DNA of 64,000 nt from the NCBI GenBank assembly GCA_027296625.1, contig JAPUIX010000153.1:8034-72033 (forward strand), in the 5' to 3' direction. The notes under the pieces are model-generated. The model was not told the DNA's origin, ran no database searches, and saw nothing but the letters and a program-made list of their open reading frames with translations. The stretch is from Gammaproteobacteria bacterium (lineage in GTDB: Bacteria; Pseudomonadota; Gammaproteobacteria; JAKEHO01). A program made the position numbers and the translations under genes. Below are positions 21,233-31,831 of this stretch, one piece after another. Position 1 is the first letter of the stretch. The number at the start of each line of letters is the position of its first letter.

Positions 21233-21968
21233 TCAGCTGTTGCATGCGTCGATAGTGTGAGCCCTTCCAATACACCCGGTCACAGCCCGTGCAGACCCAA
21301 AAATGCTCATAGTATTCATTGGTCTTCGGCGGTAATCGATGGACAACGGTATCTTTTCCCACAGGCGTGAGCGTCTCATTGCAACACATGCACCGCGTAA
21401 ACGGTGCGATTAACCCATACAAGTCAAGCCGGGACAACACTTGTTCCAATTGTTGCCGGGGCTTATTAGCCCGCACGTAACACCCGTGCGTGATCACCCG
21501 CTGCATGAGCAAGTCGCGATCCCGCGTCAACACGATCCGGTGCTCAGCAACCGCGATCTGGGCGACGTCCCTGTCGCTGTAATTGTTTTCATAGCGCGTG
21601 TCGAAGCCCAGCATGCGCAGCTTCTTTGCCAAGGCCCCAAGATGCGAATCGGCGATAAACCGAGGCTCGCGCAGGGTGTCTTTTCGAACCCGCAGCACGG
21701 GTCCCACATCAAGCGACTCAAACTGCGGATAGACGCTAATAAAATCGCCCTCCTTGACCGTGTAGGTGAAATCCACAGACTCGCCGTTAGCGAGCACGAT
21801 TTCCACCTCGGTATGGGGCACACCGAGTGCCTCGATGGCGTGCTTAACGGTGGCGCGCTCGGCGCAACAGTAGACAAACCGGCACTTTCTCCTTTCAACA
21901 GGAAGAAAGTCGTTCAGTTCTTCGTAGAAGCGAAACTCTGCAACGGCCATCGCTTTTGAAGCGAACAA
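21186..21968 (-). CDS. Mut7-C RNase domain protein with N-terminal ubiquitin-like (MoaD/ThiS-like) domain
   Basis: 260 aa. N-terminal beta-grasp-like segment. C-terminal PIN-like Mut7-C region ending in a Cys cluster (CMCCNE...CTGCDRVYW). Overlaps the creatininase ORF by about 47 bp. Confidence 0.6.
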   Translation of the reverse strand: MFASKAMAVAEFRFYEELNDFLPVERRKCRFVYCCAERATVKHAIEALGVPHTEVEIVLANGESVDFTYTVKEGDFISVYPQFESLDVGPVLRVRKDTLREPRFIADSHLGALAKKLRMLGFDTRYENNYSDRDVAQIAVAEHRIVLTRDRDLLMQRVITHGCYVRANKPRQQLEQVLSRLDLYGLIAPFTRCMCCNETLTPVGKDTVVHRLPPKTNEYYEHFWVCTGCDRVYWKGSHYRRMQQLIGALERQADDGLPQQ

Positions 21969-22177
21969 TGTATTACATTACGGGAGGTTATACTATATAT
22001 TTAGTAAAACACATTAATGAAATAATTGTGCCCTTAAGCACGGCGCGTCTAAGGGCACCCGCCTCAAATAGCCGCCCGCAGCGCCTTAGGGGACAGGTTC
22101 GGCCTAGCCTACCTGGAAATCCGCATCTTGCGGCCGCCCGCCTGGCAGCAAGCCCCACATTCAGCAAGCGAGGCCAC

Positions 22178-22199
22178 CTTATATATAGGAGATGTCAAC
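22178..22199. repeat. copy 1 of TATATATAGG-containing 20-nt motif
   Basis: CTTATATATAGGAGATGTCAAC. Repeated about 260 bp downstream with one indel and a few mismatches. Confidence 0.4.
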
Positions 22200-22440
22200 T
22201 TGAGCCTAATGCTAGCCGAGTCGACGCCAAGCAACGCCAAGGCCCATCTAACCAAGATCTTTACCCTGGGCGGGCGCTGACCCTCCTGAATTCCTCTTTA
22301 AAAATAATAAGCTGCGGATGGAACTTCATACTAGGTATTAGATAAGGCCAAAAACCAAGCAAAATGACTCCTTATCTATAGCGATGACAGATCGCGTGAG
22401 ACCGCTCCTCCCGGACCTTTATGCAAAACCCAAGCCCCCT

Positions 22441-22461
22441 CTCTATATATAGGGTGTCCAA
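22441..22461. repeat. copy 2 of TATATATAGG-containing motif
   Basis: CTCTATATATAGGGTGTCCAAC. Direct repeat of the 22178 motif within the same 530-bp intergenic island. Confidence 0.4.
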
Positions 22462-22496
22462 CGCAGCGTTCGACGAGGCTGACAGCCCCAGCGCAA

Positions 22497-23165
22497 TTAA
22501 CCCACCGATAACGCCAGGATTCGGCTCAGCTGGCATAGCGGTCGATTAGCCTCGCGGGCCCAGTGGTTGAAGGCCGTCTGGACCGTACTCTGGTCCGCTT
22601 TGCGCTTTGGTTCGCCGTCGAAAGCCCGCCATCGATTGAGTGCACGCACCACGTCTTTTGTGAGTATGAAGGTATCCTTCCCCACCATCCGCAGGAAATA
22701 CGGCGCCGAATTCCCGCCCAGCTGTAAGCAGCGCTTGGCGAGATCCGCCCACAGATCAACGATCCGCTCAGTGGGCCAGTTAGCCAAATAAGTGCCAAAA
22801 TTCCCTTTCTCCGCCGCTATTTCATGTATCACAGTGGCATTGGCCCGTACCGACTTGATTTTGCCCCAGTGTCGGATCAGCCTCTTATCACTTAATAGAG
22901 CCTCCAGTGCTTCGTCGCTCATCTGCTGCACGCGCCCAGGTTCAAAATCAAAGAAAACAGCCTCGAACGCAGGCCATCTCGCGTCCACCATGCTGTGCTT
23001 GAGGCCTGCGCGGAAGATGCGTTGCGACATGATGGACAGATAACGATCGTCGCCCATCGACCGCAACGCATCGCCCGACTTAGGCTGAGGCAGCTGGGCC
23101 TCAAGCGCATCAGGGCCGCCCGCTTGGAACTCAGCCTCCTCAAGAATGGCAGCAAACGGCCTCAT
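22497..23165 (-). CDS. DNA-3-methyladenine glycosylase I-like protein (Tag family)
   Basis: 222 aa. Central region fits the Tag/Adenine_glyco pattern (RIFRAGLKHSMV...LIRHWGKIKSVRANA...GNFGTYLANW). N-terminal extension present and the canonical zinc-binding Cys is not obvious. Confidence 0.5.
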   Translation of the reverse strand: MRPFAAILEEAEFQAGGPDALEAQLPQPKSGDALRSMGDDRYLSIMSQRIFRAGLKHSMVDARWPAFEAVFFDFEPGRVQQMSDEALEALLSDKRLIRHWGKIKSVRANATVIHEIAAEKGNFGTYLANWPTERIVDLWADLAKRCLQLGGNSAPYFLRMVGKDTFILTKDVVRALNRWRAFDGEPKRKADQSTVQTAFNHWAREANRPLCQLSRILALSVG

Positions 23166-23223
23166 GGCGAATTAGCCGAATATCTCGAACATCACCCAAC
23201 CCGTCCTGGCTAACGGCCCATTA

Positions 23224-23658
23224 TCATATTCTCGTCAGCGATGCCGACTCATCACCGCTGCCTAGGCTGTACCGGCCGGATCCTGCCGCCATGATATAGA
23301 GCATGCCCCCCATGATTGCGAGATTCTTCAGGAAACTGTGCATCTGGTGAGTATACTCAGCACCCTCAAACGTCCAGAAGGCGTGAAAGACCAGGGTTAC
23401 GGGGATAATGAACAGAAAGATCGCGAGCGCCCCCCGCCGCGCATGCCAGCCGAGTGCTATCAGTAGCCCCCCGCCGAGCTCGATCATAATCGTGGCAACG
23501 AGCAGCAGGTTTACCATCGGTAATCCCTTGCTCGCCATGAATTTCACCGTGCCGTCGAAGCCCGCAATCTTTTCTAATCCCGCAATGATAAAGATACTCG
23601 CAAGCAATAGCCGGCCGACGAGCGGTCCATACCGTTTCATAAACCCAACAAGATTCAT
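23224..23658 (-). CDS. DoxX family membrane protein
   Basis: 144 aa, 4 TM helices, DoxX-like. Confidence 0.75.
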   Translation of the reverse strand: MNLVGFMKRYGPLVGRLLLASIFIIAGLEKIAGFDGTVKFMASKGLPMVNLLLVATIMIELGGGLLIALGWHARRGALAIFLFIIPVTLVFHAFWTFEGAEYTHQMHSFLKNLAIMGGMLYIMAAGSGRYSLGSGDESASLTRI

Positions 23659-23765
23659 CTGTTCCTCCTTAATTCACGGATCGTTTCTGCCACAGACACT
23701 CACTGCACTTGCCTTGCTATGGGAGATCAAAACGGCACTGCGCCGTAATGGAGGCGGGATCGCCA

Positions 23766-24188
23766 CTAGGGGCCAGCCGGCACCGCACCGCTGCCACTGT
23801 AGGGGCCTGAGCCCATTACGATGACATACAGCATCCCCCCCATAATGGCGAGATTTTTCATAAAATGATTCAGTTGGTTCTGCATCTCCTGACCTTCCAC
23901 TGTCCAGAAGTCATGAAATATCAAGGTTACCGGAATAATAAACAGAAAAATGGCCAGGGCTGCCCAACGGGCGTTCCAAGCGAGCGCGATCATCAGACCA
24001 CCCCCCAGTTCGATGACGATCGTTGCCACGAGCAAGACCTCAACCATAGGTAGGCCGGCACTCTCCATGTACGCTACCGTCCCGCCGAAATTCAAGAGCT
24101 TATTCATGCCGGCAACGATAAAAATTGCCGCGAGCAAGATGCGCCCAACTATAGGTCCATATCGTTGCACTAATTCATTTACCTTCAT
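23766..24188 (-). CDS. DoxX family membrane protein (tandem paralog)
   Basis: 140 aa. Clear paralog of 23224-23658 (shared RYGPxVGRxLLAxIFIxAG, LLVATIxIELGGGLxIAL, NLAIMGGMLY). Confidence 0.75.
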   Translation of the reverse strand: MKVNELVQRYGPIVGRILLAAIFIVAGMNKLLNFGGTVAYMESAGLPMVEVLLVATIVIELGGGLMIALAWNARWAALAIFLFIIPVTLIFHDFWTVEGQEMQNQLNHFMKNLAIMGGMLYVIVMGSGPYSGSGAVPAGP

Positions 24189-24359
24189 GAGTCATCTCCT
24201 AAAACGGTGTATCAAGTAGGATCTTCGATTGATCCGTCGCGCCCATTGGGCTTTTGTGGAAAATCAAAGAAGGCTTCCGCATCATGGGCCTTTCCGAGTG
24301 TCACGTTGGCTTCATAGCAGTTATTATTCCGAATTAAGTTTGCTACAGGAGATCTAACA

Positions 24360-24875
24360 TTGGAACGCCTGAAAGCCAAGATTCGGGATATCCCGGATTT
24401 TCCAAAACCCGGCATTGTATTCAGAGACATCTCACCACTTGTCAGAGATGCAGCCACATTAAGACTAGCTGTACACCAATTGCTTCATCCATTTCTCGGG
24501 GAACGGCTGACAGTCGTAGTCGGCATTGAAGCGCGTGGTTTTATCTTCGGGAGCTTGATTGCCTGGGAACTCGGGATTGGTTTCGTTCCCATGCGAAAAC
24601 CGGGGAAACTCCCATTCGACGTGCACCGGGTCTCTTATGATCTGGAATATGGATCTGCTGCCTTGGAAGTGCATATCGACGCGCTCACTGATCAGGATCG
24701 GGTACTGCTCGTGGATGATCTGATTGCCACCGGGGGCACAGCCGCTGCAAGTTGTGAACTCATTGAAAAAATGGGCGCTGAGGTCGCAGGCTGCGCCTTT
24801 GTGATGGAACTCGATGACCTTAAGGGGCGACAAAAACTGGAAAAACACCGCGTACACTCGCTTGTCCATTACTGA
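24360..24875 (+). CDS. apt: adenine phosphoribosyltransferase
   Basis: 171 aa. PRPP-binding motif VLLVDDLIATGGT. N-terminal DFPKPGIVFRDISPL is typical of Apt. Confidence 0.9.
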   Translation: MERLKAKIRDIPDFPKPGIVFRDISPLVRDAATLRLAVHQLLHPFLGERLTVVVGIEARGFIFGSLIAWELGIGFVPMRKPGKLPFDVHRVSYDLEYGSAALEVHIDALTDQDRVLLVDDLIATGGTAAASCELIEKMGAEVAGCAFVMELDDLKGRQKLEKHRVHSLVHY

Positions 24876-24985
24876 AACGATAAAACACGTATTTATGTAT
24901 CTAAATACTTAGGATGGCGAAAAAGTTTGTCCGAATTACCCATCGTTCAAGTGGAACCCCGCTTGCAGAGGGACCGCTTGGGTGA

Positions 24986-25261
24986 GGCATCACGCCCTTT
25001 GAGGGCAACCTCTATATCGGCCGAAAGTACCTGTTAACAAAGGGTTTAAAACCCAACTTCGTACCAGGCTTTTGCCCTTACAAATTCTTTTATCTCTGGT
25101 TGGATCTCGCGCTTGAGAATGGACAAAAAGTCAAAAATCTTGGCTGGCTCTACTGGCTACCGAACCCGCTATTCCCGTTTATCTGGTACCGGGTTGCTGT
25201 ACCGCGCGAACACCCTGAACTATTAGTTGAGGAATATTTAAAAGGCTCTTCCGAAGGCTAA
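24986..25261 (+). pseudogene. start-less ORF remnant encoding an aromatic-rich membrane-protein-like C-terminus
   Basis: 91 codons open from an upstream TGA with no ATG. Translation ...FCPYKFFYLWLDLALENGQKVKNLGWLYWLPNPLFPFIWYRVAVP... resembles a polytopic membrane protein tail. Lies in an otherwise 450-bp gap between convergent apt and an SDR gene. Confidence 0.25.
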
Positions 25262-25327
25262 GGACGGCAATCGCCCATGGGTTTCGTTCTTTTGGGGTCA
25301 ATGAGGCGCTCCCATGCACTCTACGAC

Positions 25328-26101
25328 CTACAACACCTGGCCGCCGTTGATTCGAATGGTCTGACCTGTAACAAACGATGCCTCGTCTGAAGCAAGATAC
25401 AGTGCAGCGCCAGCGACGTCCTCGGGCCGGCCAAACCGTCTCATCGGCGTGCTCTCTAAAACGGCCTTGTACGCATCTTCCGTCATTCCATCTTGTGCGA
25501 AGGCGGTCTCTATCCATCCAGGCGCAAGCTCATTGACCCGTACCTCAGGCGCGTATGACCGGGCAAGGCACTTAGTAAATCCTAAGATGCCCCCTTTTGC
25601 TGCAGCGAATATCGCTGGATTTCGTCCTTTCATGCCCTGTAGCACTGCATCCCACGACATGTTTAGGATTACGCCGCTTCCAGCCCGCTTCATCAAAGGC
25701 GCCGCGCGCCAGCAACACAGTATGGTGCCACGCAGATCAACTGCGATCAGTTGATCTAGCTTATCTATATCGGAAAGCTTCGCGCCAGCGCCGGTCAAGA
25801 TATCGGCTCCAGCGACATTCGCCCAGATGTCAATCTTCCCCAACGCTTCGAGCGCGGTCTCAAAAAGGCGATCAATATCATCAGCCTTTGAGACGTCAGC
25901 TTGCACTGCCACGGCGCGCCCCCCGTCCACCTCAATTTCGCGTACCACCTCTGAAGCCATTGCCTTCGAACGCTTGTAGTTAACCACGACATGGGCGCCA
26001 TGACTCGCAAATAATTGCGCAATAGCGCGTCCTATCCCCCTACTGGCACCGGTAATGACCGCAGTCTTGTCTTTAAGCCGCTCGTTATTCTTCATCGCCA
26101 T
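25328..26101 (-). CDS. SDR family oxidoreductase (FabG-like)
   Basis: 257 aa. Rossmann TGASRGIGRAIA. Catalytic YxxxK region present. Confidence 0.8.
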   Translation of the reverse strand: MAMKNNERLKDKTAVITGASRGIGRAIAQLFASHGAHVVVNYKRSKAMASEVVREIEVDGGRAVAVQADVSKADDIDRLFETALEALGKIDIWANVAGADILTGAGAKLSDIDKLDQLIAVDLRGTILCCWRAAPLMKRAGSGVILNMSWDAVLQGMKGRNPAIFAAAKGGILGFTKCLARSYAPEVRVNELAPGWIETAFAQDGMTEDAYKAVLESTPMRRFGRPEDVAGAALYLASDEASFVTGQTIRINGGQVL

Positions 26102-26419
26102 GACCCAGCGTGTTCTGCCGTTTCTTATCCAATAGCCTTGACCATCTTCAAATTGTCAGCGTATCCGGTTTCAATGAGGTGCGTAAAAAATTTATCCGCG
26201 TGCACACGAGAGGACCACGCCCTGCGTACGACAAAACACTCAAGGCCCGCTAGAATCCAAACATACCTCTCCGTTAATACTCCGAATTTCCATTATTTGT
26301 CATGCATTCGATGCCTATAGTCTCGAAATCAGACGCCATGGTATGCTGATGCAGTCAATGTGCCAACAATCCAACACGACCGATTATCCTTCAACTGAAC
26401 GTCATTCGATAGACATAAC

Positions 26420-27229
26420 ATGTGCCTGATCCTATTTTCAAATAAGGAACATCCTGTCTACAGTCTCGTTCTCGGAGCTAATCGAGACGAATTCTACGAG
26501 CGTCCAACTGCACCCGCTAGTTTCTGGACAGATGCCCCAAATATGCTGGCTGGTAGAGATCTGCGCCATGGCGGTACTTGGCTCGGAATTCATCGTAATG
26601 GCCGATTCGCAGCGGTGAGCAATTATCGTGATCCATCATCCGATAGACTCCAGGCGCTGTCCCGTGGAATCGTTGTACGCGATTTCCTTCTTGGTTTCGC
26701 TGAGCCCTTAGCGTATCTTCAACAGCTTTCGCGCAAGCGGAATCAATACAACTATTTTAACCTGATTTTAGGTAAGGCATCCGATATCTGGTATTACTGC
26801 AATCGAAATGATGAAGTTCGATCCCTATCATCAGGTCTTTATGGGATGAGTAACCATCTATTGAACACACCCTGGTTAAAGGTCGAAGAAGGAAAGGCGG
26901 CGTTACACCAGTTAATATCAAAGGAAAAGAATATTCATCCTGAACGAATTTTGGATATACTCGCTGACCGTTCAATAGCAAACGACTATCGCTTGCCGGA
27001 TACAGGTGTTAGTCTTGATATGGAACGGATGCTCTCAGCACGGTTCATCAGTAGTGCGCATTACGGTACACGTTCGTCAACAGTTCTGTTGATAGATAAA
27101 CAGGGAAACGTAACGTTTACCGAACGCTCCTTTGATACACAATCCAATGAATCGAAAACGCTACGGTATCGTTTTACTATCACGGCAAGCTCGCAGACAG
27201 AACCGTTATCAACGGTTACCGCAACATGA
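26420..27229 (+). CDS. NRDE family protein (TANGO2-like, Ntn-hydrolase fold)
   Basis: 269 aa starting MC (Cys2 nucleophile) and containing LGANRDEFYERP, the NRDE motif. Confidence 0.75.
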   Translation: MCLILFSNKEHPVYSLVLGANRDEFYERPTAPASFWTDAPNMLAGRDLRHGGTWLGIHRNGRFAAVSNYRDPSSDRLQALSRGIVVRDFLLGFAEPLAYLQQLSRKRNQYNYFNLILGKASDIWYYCNRNDEVRSLSSGLYGMSNHLLNTPWLKVEEGKAALHQLISKEKNIHPERILDILADRSIANDYRLPDTGVSLDMERMLSARFISSAHYGTRSSTVLLIDKQGNVTFTERSFDTQSNESKTLRYRFTITASSQTEPLSTVTAT

Positions 27230-27355
27230 ACGGAGTTGTGCCTGTACACTTAATATTATTTATCAAGATCCAGGCTAACAATGTGGCAAAGCTCTAGCAT
27301 GTACGGTTGGGGCTAGCCATCACCACTTTAACTACCAGACTTCATTAATCCAAGT

Positions 27356-28051
27356 ATGACAGAACGCCCGCTCATAGAACTGCGGAACCTGACCAAGATC
27401 TATCAGGAAGGAAAACGTGAGCATGCTGTCTTTCGCGATGTCAATACAGAATTCAACAAAGGCGCCCTAATTGTCCTGCTCGGTAGGAGTGGTTCGGGGA
27501 AATCCACATTGCTTAATCTAATAAGTGGCATTGACGAGCCGACTGCGGGCGATGTCATTATTAATTCTACTCAGATTACCCAGTTGTCGGAACAGGAACG
27601 CACATTATTCAGGCGCCGCCACATCGGATTTATCTTTCAGTTTTTTAATCTCATCCCCACACTCACGGTTGAGGAAAATCTACTCCTGCCGATAGAGTTG
27701 AACAACCGTATGGACTCAGAGATGCGTGACAAGGCACTAGGTCTGCTTGAAGAAGTTAGCCTCGGTGACCGTGCCACGAGTTTCCCGGAGGGGCTGTCGG
27801 GCGGCGAGCAGCAGCGCGTCGCGATTGCTCGCGCACTGGTACACGATCCACTTTTAATTCTTGCCGACGAGCCAACTGGGAACCTGGATTTGGAAACTGG
27901 GCGCGACGTTCTGGATCTCCTTGACCGGCTAACAAGACAGACCGGAAAAACCATGATCATGGGCACCCATAGTAAGGAGGTCGTCGGCATAGCCGATCGG
28001 ATCTTGAATATCCGTAACGGCCAGCTTGTAGAGGACAACGCAAAATCGTGA
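27356..28051 (+). CDS. ABC transporter ATP-binding protein (LolD/YbbA-like)
   Basis: 231 aa. Walker [13 protein letters not shown] signature [15 protein letters not shown]. Walker [12 protein letters not shown]. Confidence 0.85.
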   Translation: MTERPLIELRNLTKIYQEGKREHAVFRDVNTEFNKGALIVLLGRSGSGKSTLLNLISGIDEPTAGDVIINSTQITQLSEQERTLFRRRHIGFIFQFFNLIPTLTVEENLLLPIELNNRMDSEMRDKALGLLEEVSLGDRATSFPEGLSGGEQQRVAIARALVHDPLLILADEPTGNLDLETGRDVLDLLDRLTRQTGKTMIMGTHSKEVVGIADRILNIRNGQLVEDNAKS

Positions 28052-30603
28052 ACAGGATCCTCTGGCGGGCCAGTCGGCGCTACCTGATCTCTCACCCCTG
28101 GCAACCAGGTTTGGCCGCCCTTGGCGTCGCCCTTGGCGTTGCCGTGGTAGTGGCGATCAATCTTGCTGAGGCCAGCGCAAAGCGCGCCTTTACCCTGTCC
28201 ACCGAAATGGTCATCGGCAAGGCGACCCACCAAATCATCGGTGGGCCGGCAGGCGTTGACGAAGCACTCTACGTACAACTCAGACGAAATGAAGGCATCC
28301 AACCGGCGGCGCCGGTCGTAGAGGGCTACGTCTACGTTCCTGGTGATCCAGGACGCACGTTAAAACTGCTGGGCGTGGATCCTTTTGAGGAGCCCCCATT
28401 TCGGCCATATTGGCAACATTTTGGGCGAGGTTCAGAAATTGATGTGGCGAGGTTGGTTACACAGCCCAACACCGCATTGCTGGGGACAGCCACAGCCCGC
28501 GAGATAGGCCTCAAACCGGGTGACACCTTGAAGTTACGGATTGGTGCAGAGCCCGCCGCTGTTCAGATTATTAGTTTCATCACATCGGGCAACGGTGCGC
28601 CCAATGCCGGCTTGGACGACCTTCTTATTACCGACATTTCAACCGCACAGGCACTCCTTCGAATCCCGGGTCGACTCAGCCGCGTTGACCTGATCCTACC
28701 AACGGGCCGCCAAGGTAACGCCACTGTAAAGAAGCTTCGTGCAATGTTACCACCTGACCTGGAGTTGGTTTCTACTGGCATACGCACGCAGGCTGTCCAG
28801 CAGATGACGCACGCCTTTCAAACGAATCTCACGGCACTCAGCCTACTGGCACTGTTCGTCGGCATGTTCCTAATCTACAACACCATGACATTCGTCGTGA
28901 TTCAACGTCGCGAACTCATCGGCAATCTGCGTGCACTCGGAGTAATGCGCAGAGAAATTTTTCAACTTATTCTGGTTGAAGCCCTTTTCATTGGGCTTGT
29001 TGGCACACTATGTGGCTTATTACTTGGGATCGTGCTTAGCCATGGACTTTTACGACTGGTCACACAGACAATAAACGACCTCTACTTTGTTATTACGGTA
29101 CGGCAGCTCGCCGTGCCTCCGTTTACACTCGCCGCAGCTGTACTATTAGGTCTCGGCGTCACCGCGCTCGCCGCATGGGTGCCTGCCTACGAGGCGGCTA
29201 GCGTTCCACCCAGAGTGGCAATGAACCGGTCTCTGATTGAGACCAAGGTGCGGCATCTAGTGAAACATAGTGCCTTGAGTGGTTTGTTGGTGGTGGCGTT
29301 TGGCACGGCGGCCCTGTTGCTCCCGAGCCAGAGTCTTGCGCTTGGATTCGCTGGGCTCTTTGCTTTGCTACTCGGTGCGACCCTGTTGAGCCCCGCGGCT
29401 ACCGTTGGACTGGTTCGCTTGTGTCAACCCGCATTCAGTCGCGTGTTTGGACTCGTCGGTCGCCTTGCGGCGCGCTCCGTACTCGCGTCACTCTCTCGCA
29501 CCGCCGTCGCAGTCGCCGCTCTGATGGTTGCCGTGTCAGTAGCCTTGAGTGTCGGCATCATGATCGCCAGTTTTCGTCTATCGGTAGCCGATTGGCTCGA
29601 GACCGTGTTGAGGGCCGATCTCTACGTTTCGCTTCCGCGTCCTGTCGCAAGCCCACCTCAAGGGAATATGCCCCCTGCCTTGGTTGAACGGATCAGTTCA
29701 GCCCCTGGTGTTGCGGATTCGAGTACGGTGCGGCGTGCACACATCGAATCAAAACACGGGATTACCGAGATCGTGGCATACAAACTATCCCCTCGTTCCT
29801 ACGCTGGCTTTCGCTTTAAGGACGGAGATGCCGACGTAATCTGGCCCGCCTTTGAAGATCAGGAAGCCGTCCTTATCTCCGAACCCTATTCCTACCATCA
29901 TGGTCTGGGTGTTGATTCAATTCTGCGGCTAAGGACGGACAAGGGTGAGCGAGGCTTCCGCATTGCCGGTGTTTACTACGACTATGGCTCAGATCAGGGC
30001 GTTGTCGCGATGAGCCATCGCACCTACGAACTTTATTGGAGCGATCAAAATGTTTCCGGAATTGGAATCTATCTGAATCCAGGGACCACACTAAGCGATA
30101 TGAAGGACGTCCTGCACCGCGTCGCAGGCCCGCACCAAGAACTCCAGATCGTGTCAAGCCGAAAGATCAGGGAGGCCTCCTTGGAAATCTTTGACCGGAC
30201 CTTCGCAATCACCGAGGTGCTCCGATTTCTTACAGCACTGATTGCTTTCGTTGCCGTCTTCAGCGCGCTGATGTCCCTACAGTTAGAGCGCACCCGTGAA
30301 TTTGGCGTGCTGCGTGCGATTGGCCTCACGCCGCCACAACTTTGGGGTTTAATTCTCTCGCAGACGGGGCTAATGGGGCTGGTCGCAGGGCTGCTAGCCC
30401 TTCCAGTAGGCATTGTCCTCGCACTTGCCCTGATCTTCGTTATCAATCAGCGCTCATTCGGCTGGACCATGGACGTCTATGTCAGCTCCGGTATTCTTGT
30501 GCAGAGCATGGTGATGGCGCTTGCAGCGGCAATACTGGCGGGCATCTATCCCGCTTTCAAGATGGCGCGGGCACGGCCAGCAGAAATGCTACGGCAGGAA
30601 TAA
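28048..30603 (+). CDS. ABC transporter permease with two FtsX-like domains (YbbP-like)
   Basis: 851 aa. Two 4-TM FtsX modules each preceded by a large periplasmic domain. Overlaps the upstream ATPase gene by 4 bp. Confidence 0.8.
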   Translation: MNRILWRASRRYLISHPWQPGLAALGVALGVAVVVAINLAEASAKRAFTLSTEMVIGKATHQIIGGPAGVDEALYVQLRRNEGIQPAAPVVEGYVYVPGDPGRTLKLLGVDPFEEPPFRPYWQHFGRGSEIDVARLVTQPNTALLGTATAREIGLKPGDTLKLRIGAEPAAVQIISFITSGNGAPNAGLDDLLITDISTAQALLRIPGRLSRVDLILPTGRQGNATVKKLRAMLPPDLELVSTGIRTQAVQQMTHAFQTNLTALSLLALFVGMFLIYNTMTFVVIQRRELIGNLRALGVMRREIFQLILVEALFIGLVGTLCGLLLGIVLSHGLLRLVTQTINDLYFVITVRQLAVPPFTLAAAVLLGLGVTALAAWVPAYEAASVPPRVAMNRSLIETKVRHLVKHSALSGLLVVAFGTAALLLPSQSLALGFAGLFALLLGATLLSPAATVGLVRLCQPAFSRVFGLVGRLAARSVLASLSRTAVAVAALMVAVSVALSVGIMIASFRLSVADWLETVLRADLYVSLPRPVASPPQGNMPPALVERISSAPGVADSSTVRRAHIESKHGITEIVAYKLSPRSYAGFRFKDGDADVIWPAFEDQEAVLISEPYSYHHGLGVDSILRLRTDKGERGFRIAGVYYDYGSDQGVVAMSHRTYELYWSDQNVSGIGIYLNPGTTLSDMKDVLHRVAGPHQELQIVSSRKIREASLEIFDRTFAITEVLRFLTALIAFVAVFSALMSLQLERTREFGVLRAIGLTPPQLWGLILSQTGLMGLVAGLLALPVGIVLALALIFVINQRSFGWTMDVYVSSGILVQSMVMALAAAILAGIYPAFKMARARPAEMLRQE

Positions 30604-30609
30604 CGCGCT

Positions 30610-31797
30610 ATGCCCCATAAACACAGCCTTGTATCGATAAGTATCAGCGCACTCACCTGTGCAGCACTCATCGCTGGATTGGCATATGGTCTATGGTTGT
30701 TGAGCAATAATGAACCAGCACGTGACACCTACACAATCAACGAGGCCCTGGACGGCCAAAACACATCAGGATTCTTCCAGGCCACCCGCCCCCGCCAATT
30801 TGCGTTCCCAACCGATCATGGCCCCCACGAAGGCTACCGCACAGAGTGGTGGTATTTTACCGGTAACGTGATTACGTCTGAGGGGCGACCGTTTGGTTTC
30901 GAGCTGACGTTCTTCAGGGTGGCACTGACACCAACAAAGACAGTCGACGACTCCGCTTGGCGAACTAATCAGCTCTACATGGCGCATTTTGCTTTAACCG
31001 ACGTCGACGGCAAGCAATTCTACGCCTTTGAGCGATTTAGTCGCAGCGCCCTTGGTCTTGCCGGTGCACAAGCTCAACCCGTTCACATATGGCTTGAAGA
31101 CTGGTTTGTTCGCTCAAGCGAGACACAAGGCTTTCCAGTAAACTTAAGTGCCGCAGATGGCGACGTTGCAATCGAACTCAGACTGGACCAAGGCAAACCA
31201 GTCGTTTTGCATGGCCAGCGCGGATTCAGTCAAAAGAATGCCAAACCGGGAAATGCCTCGTATTACTATTCGCTAACCCGAATGCCCACACGCGGAAGGG
31301 TGCGCATCGGTTCTGAAACGTTCGAGGTGGTGGGCGCAAGCTGGATGGACCGTGAGTGGAGCACAAGTGCCCTTGGCGCCGATCAGATTGGCTGGGACTG
31401 GTTTGCACTGCAACTCTCCGATGGGCACGAGATCATGTTTTATCGGCTGAGACGGAATGATGGTAGCACCGACCCTTACAGTGCCGGAACGTTAGTCACC
31501 CCCAGTGGCACAGCCCTTCATTTGACGCATGATGCAGTGCAGATCAAGATCCTTGACTATTGGCAAAGTCCTCGCGATGGTATCCGTTACCCGGCACGCT
31601 GGCGCTTCACGATACCGATCGAAAAACTGGAATTAGAAATCCGACCCGTGCTAGCTGAGCAGGAACTGAATCTTTCAGTTCGCTACTGGGAAGGCGCGGT
31701 GGAGTTTGGGGGTACCCATGGCGATGATCCAATACACGGCCGAGGCTATGTGGAACTGACCGGGTACAGCCGTCGCCAGGGCCCCAGAAATCAATAG
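30610..31797 (+). CDS. membrane-anchored AttH/CrtC-like lipocalin domain protein
   Basis: 395 aa. N-terminal TM anchor. Motif FPTDHGPHEGYRTEWWYFTGNV...FELTFFR characteristic of the hydroxyneurosporene-synthase-like (AttH) family, commonly encoded after YbbA/YbbP-type transporters. Confidence 0.7.
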   Translation: MPHKHSLVSISISALTCAALIAGLAYGLWLLSNNEPARDTYTINEALDGQNTSGFFQATRPRQFAFPTDHGPHEGYRTEWWYFTGNVITSEGRPFGFELTFFRVALTPTKTVDDSAWRTNQLYMAHFALTDVDGKQFYAFERFSRSALGLAGAQAQPVHIWLEDWFVRSSETQGFPVNLSAADGDVAIELRLDQGKPVVLHGQRGFSQKNAKPGNASYYYSLTRMPTRGRVRIGSETFEVVGASWMDREWSTSALGADQIGWDWFALQLSDGHEIMFYRLRRNDGSTDPYSAGTLVTPSGTALHLTHDAVQIKILDYWQSPRDGIRYPARWRFTIPIEKLELEIRPVLAEQELNLSVRYWEGAVEFGGTHGDDPIHGRGYVELTGYSRRQGPRNQ

Positions 31798-31831
31798 AAT
31801 GCATCAGGACTAGAATTTAAAGGCGTCCAAT

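Noticed and set aside
21956-22345. 129-aa plus-strand ORF across the repeat island
   Set aside because: Low-complexity Arg/Pro/Ser-rich translation. No RBS. Spans compositionally heterogeneous sequence. Considered spurious.
22500-22540. tRNA-like D-arm sequence GGCTCAGCTGGCATAGCG
   Set aside because: Lies inside the 3' end of the Tag-like CDS on the opposite strand. No matching acceptor stem or T-loop (GGTTCGAAT) follows.
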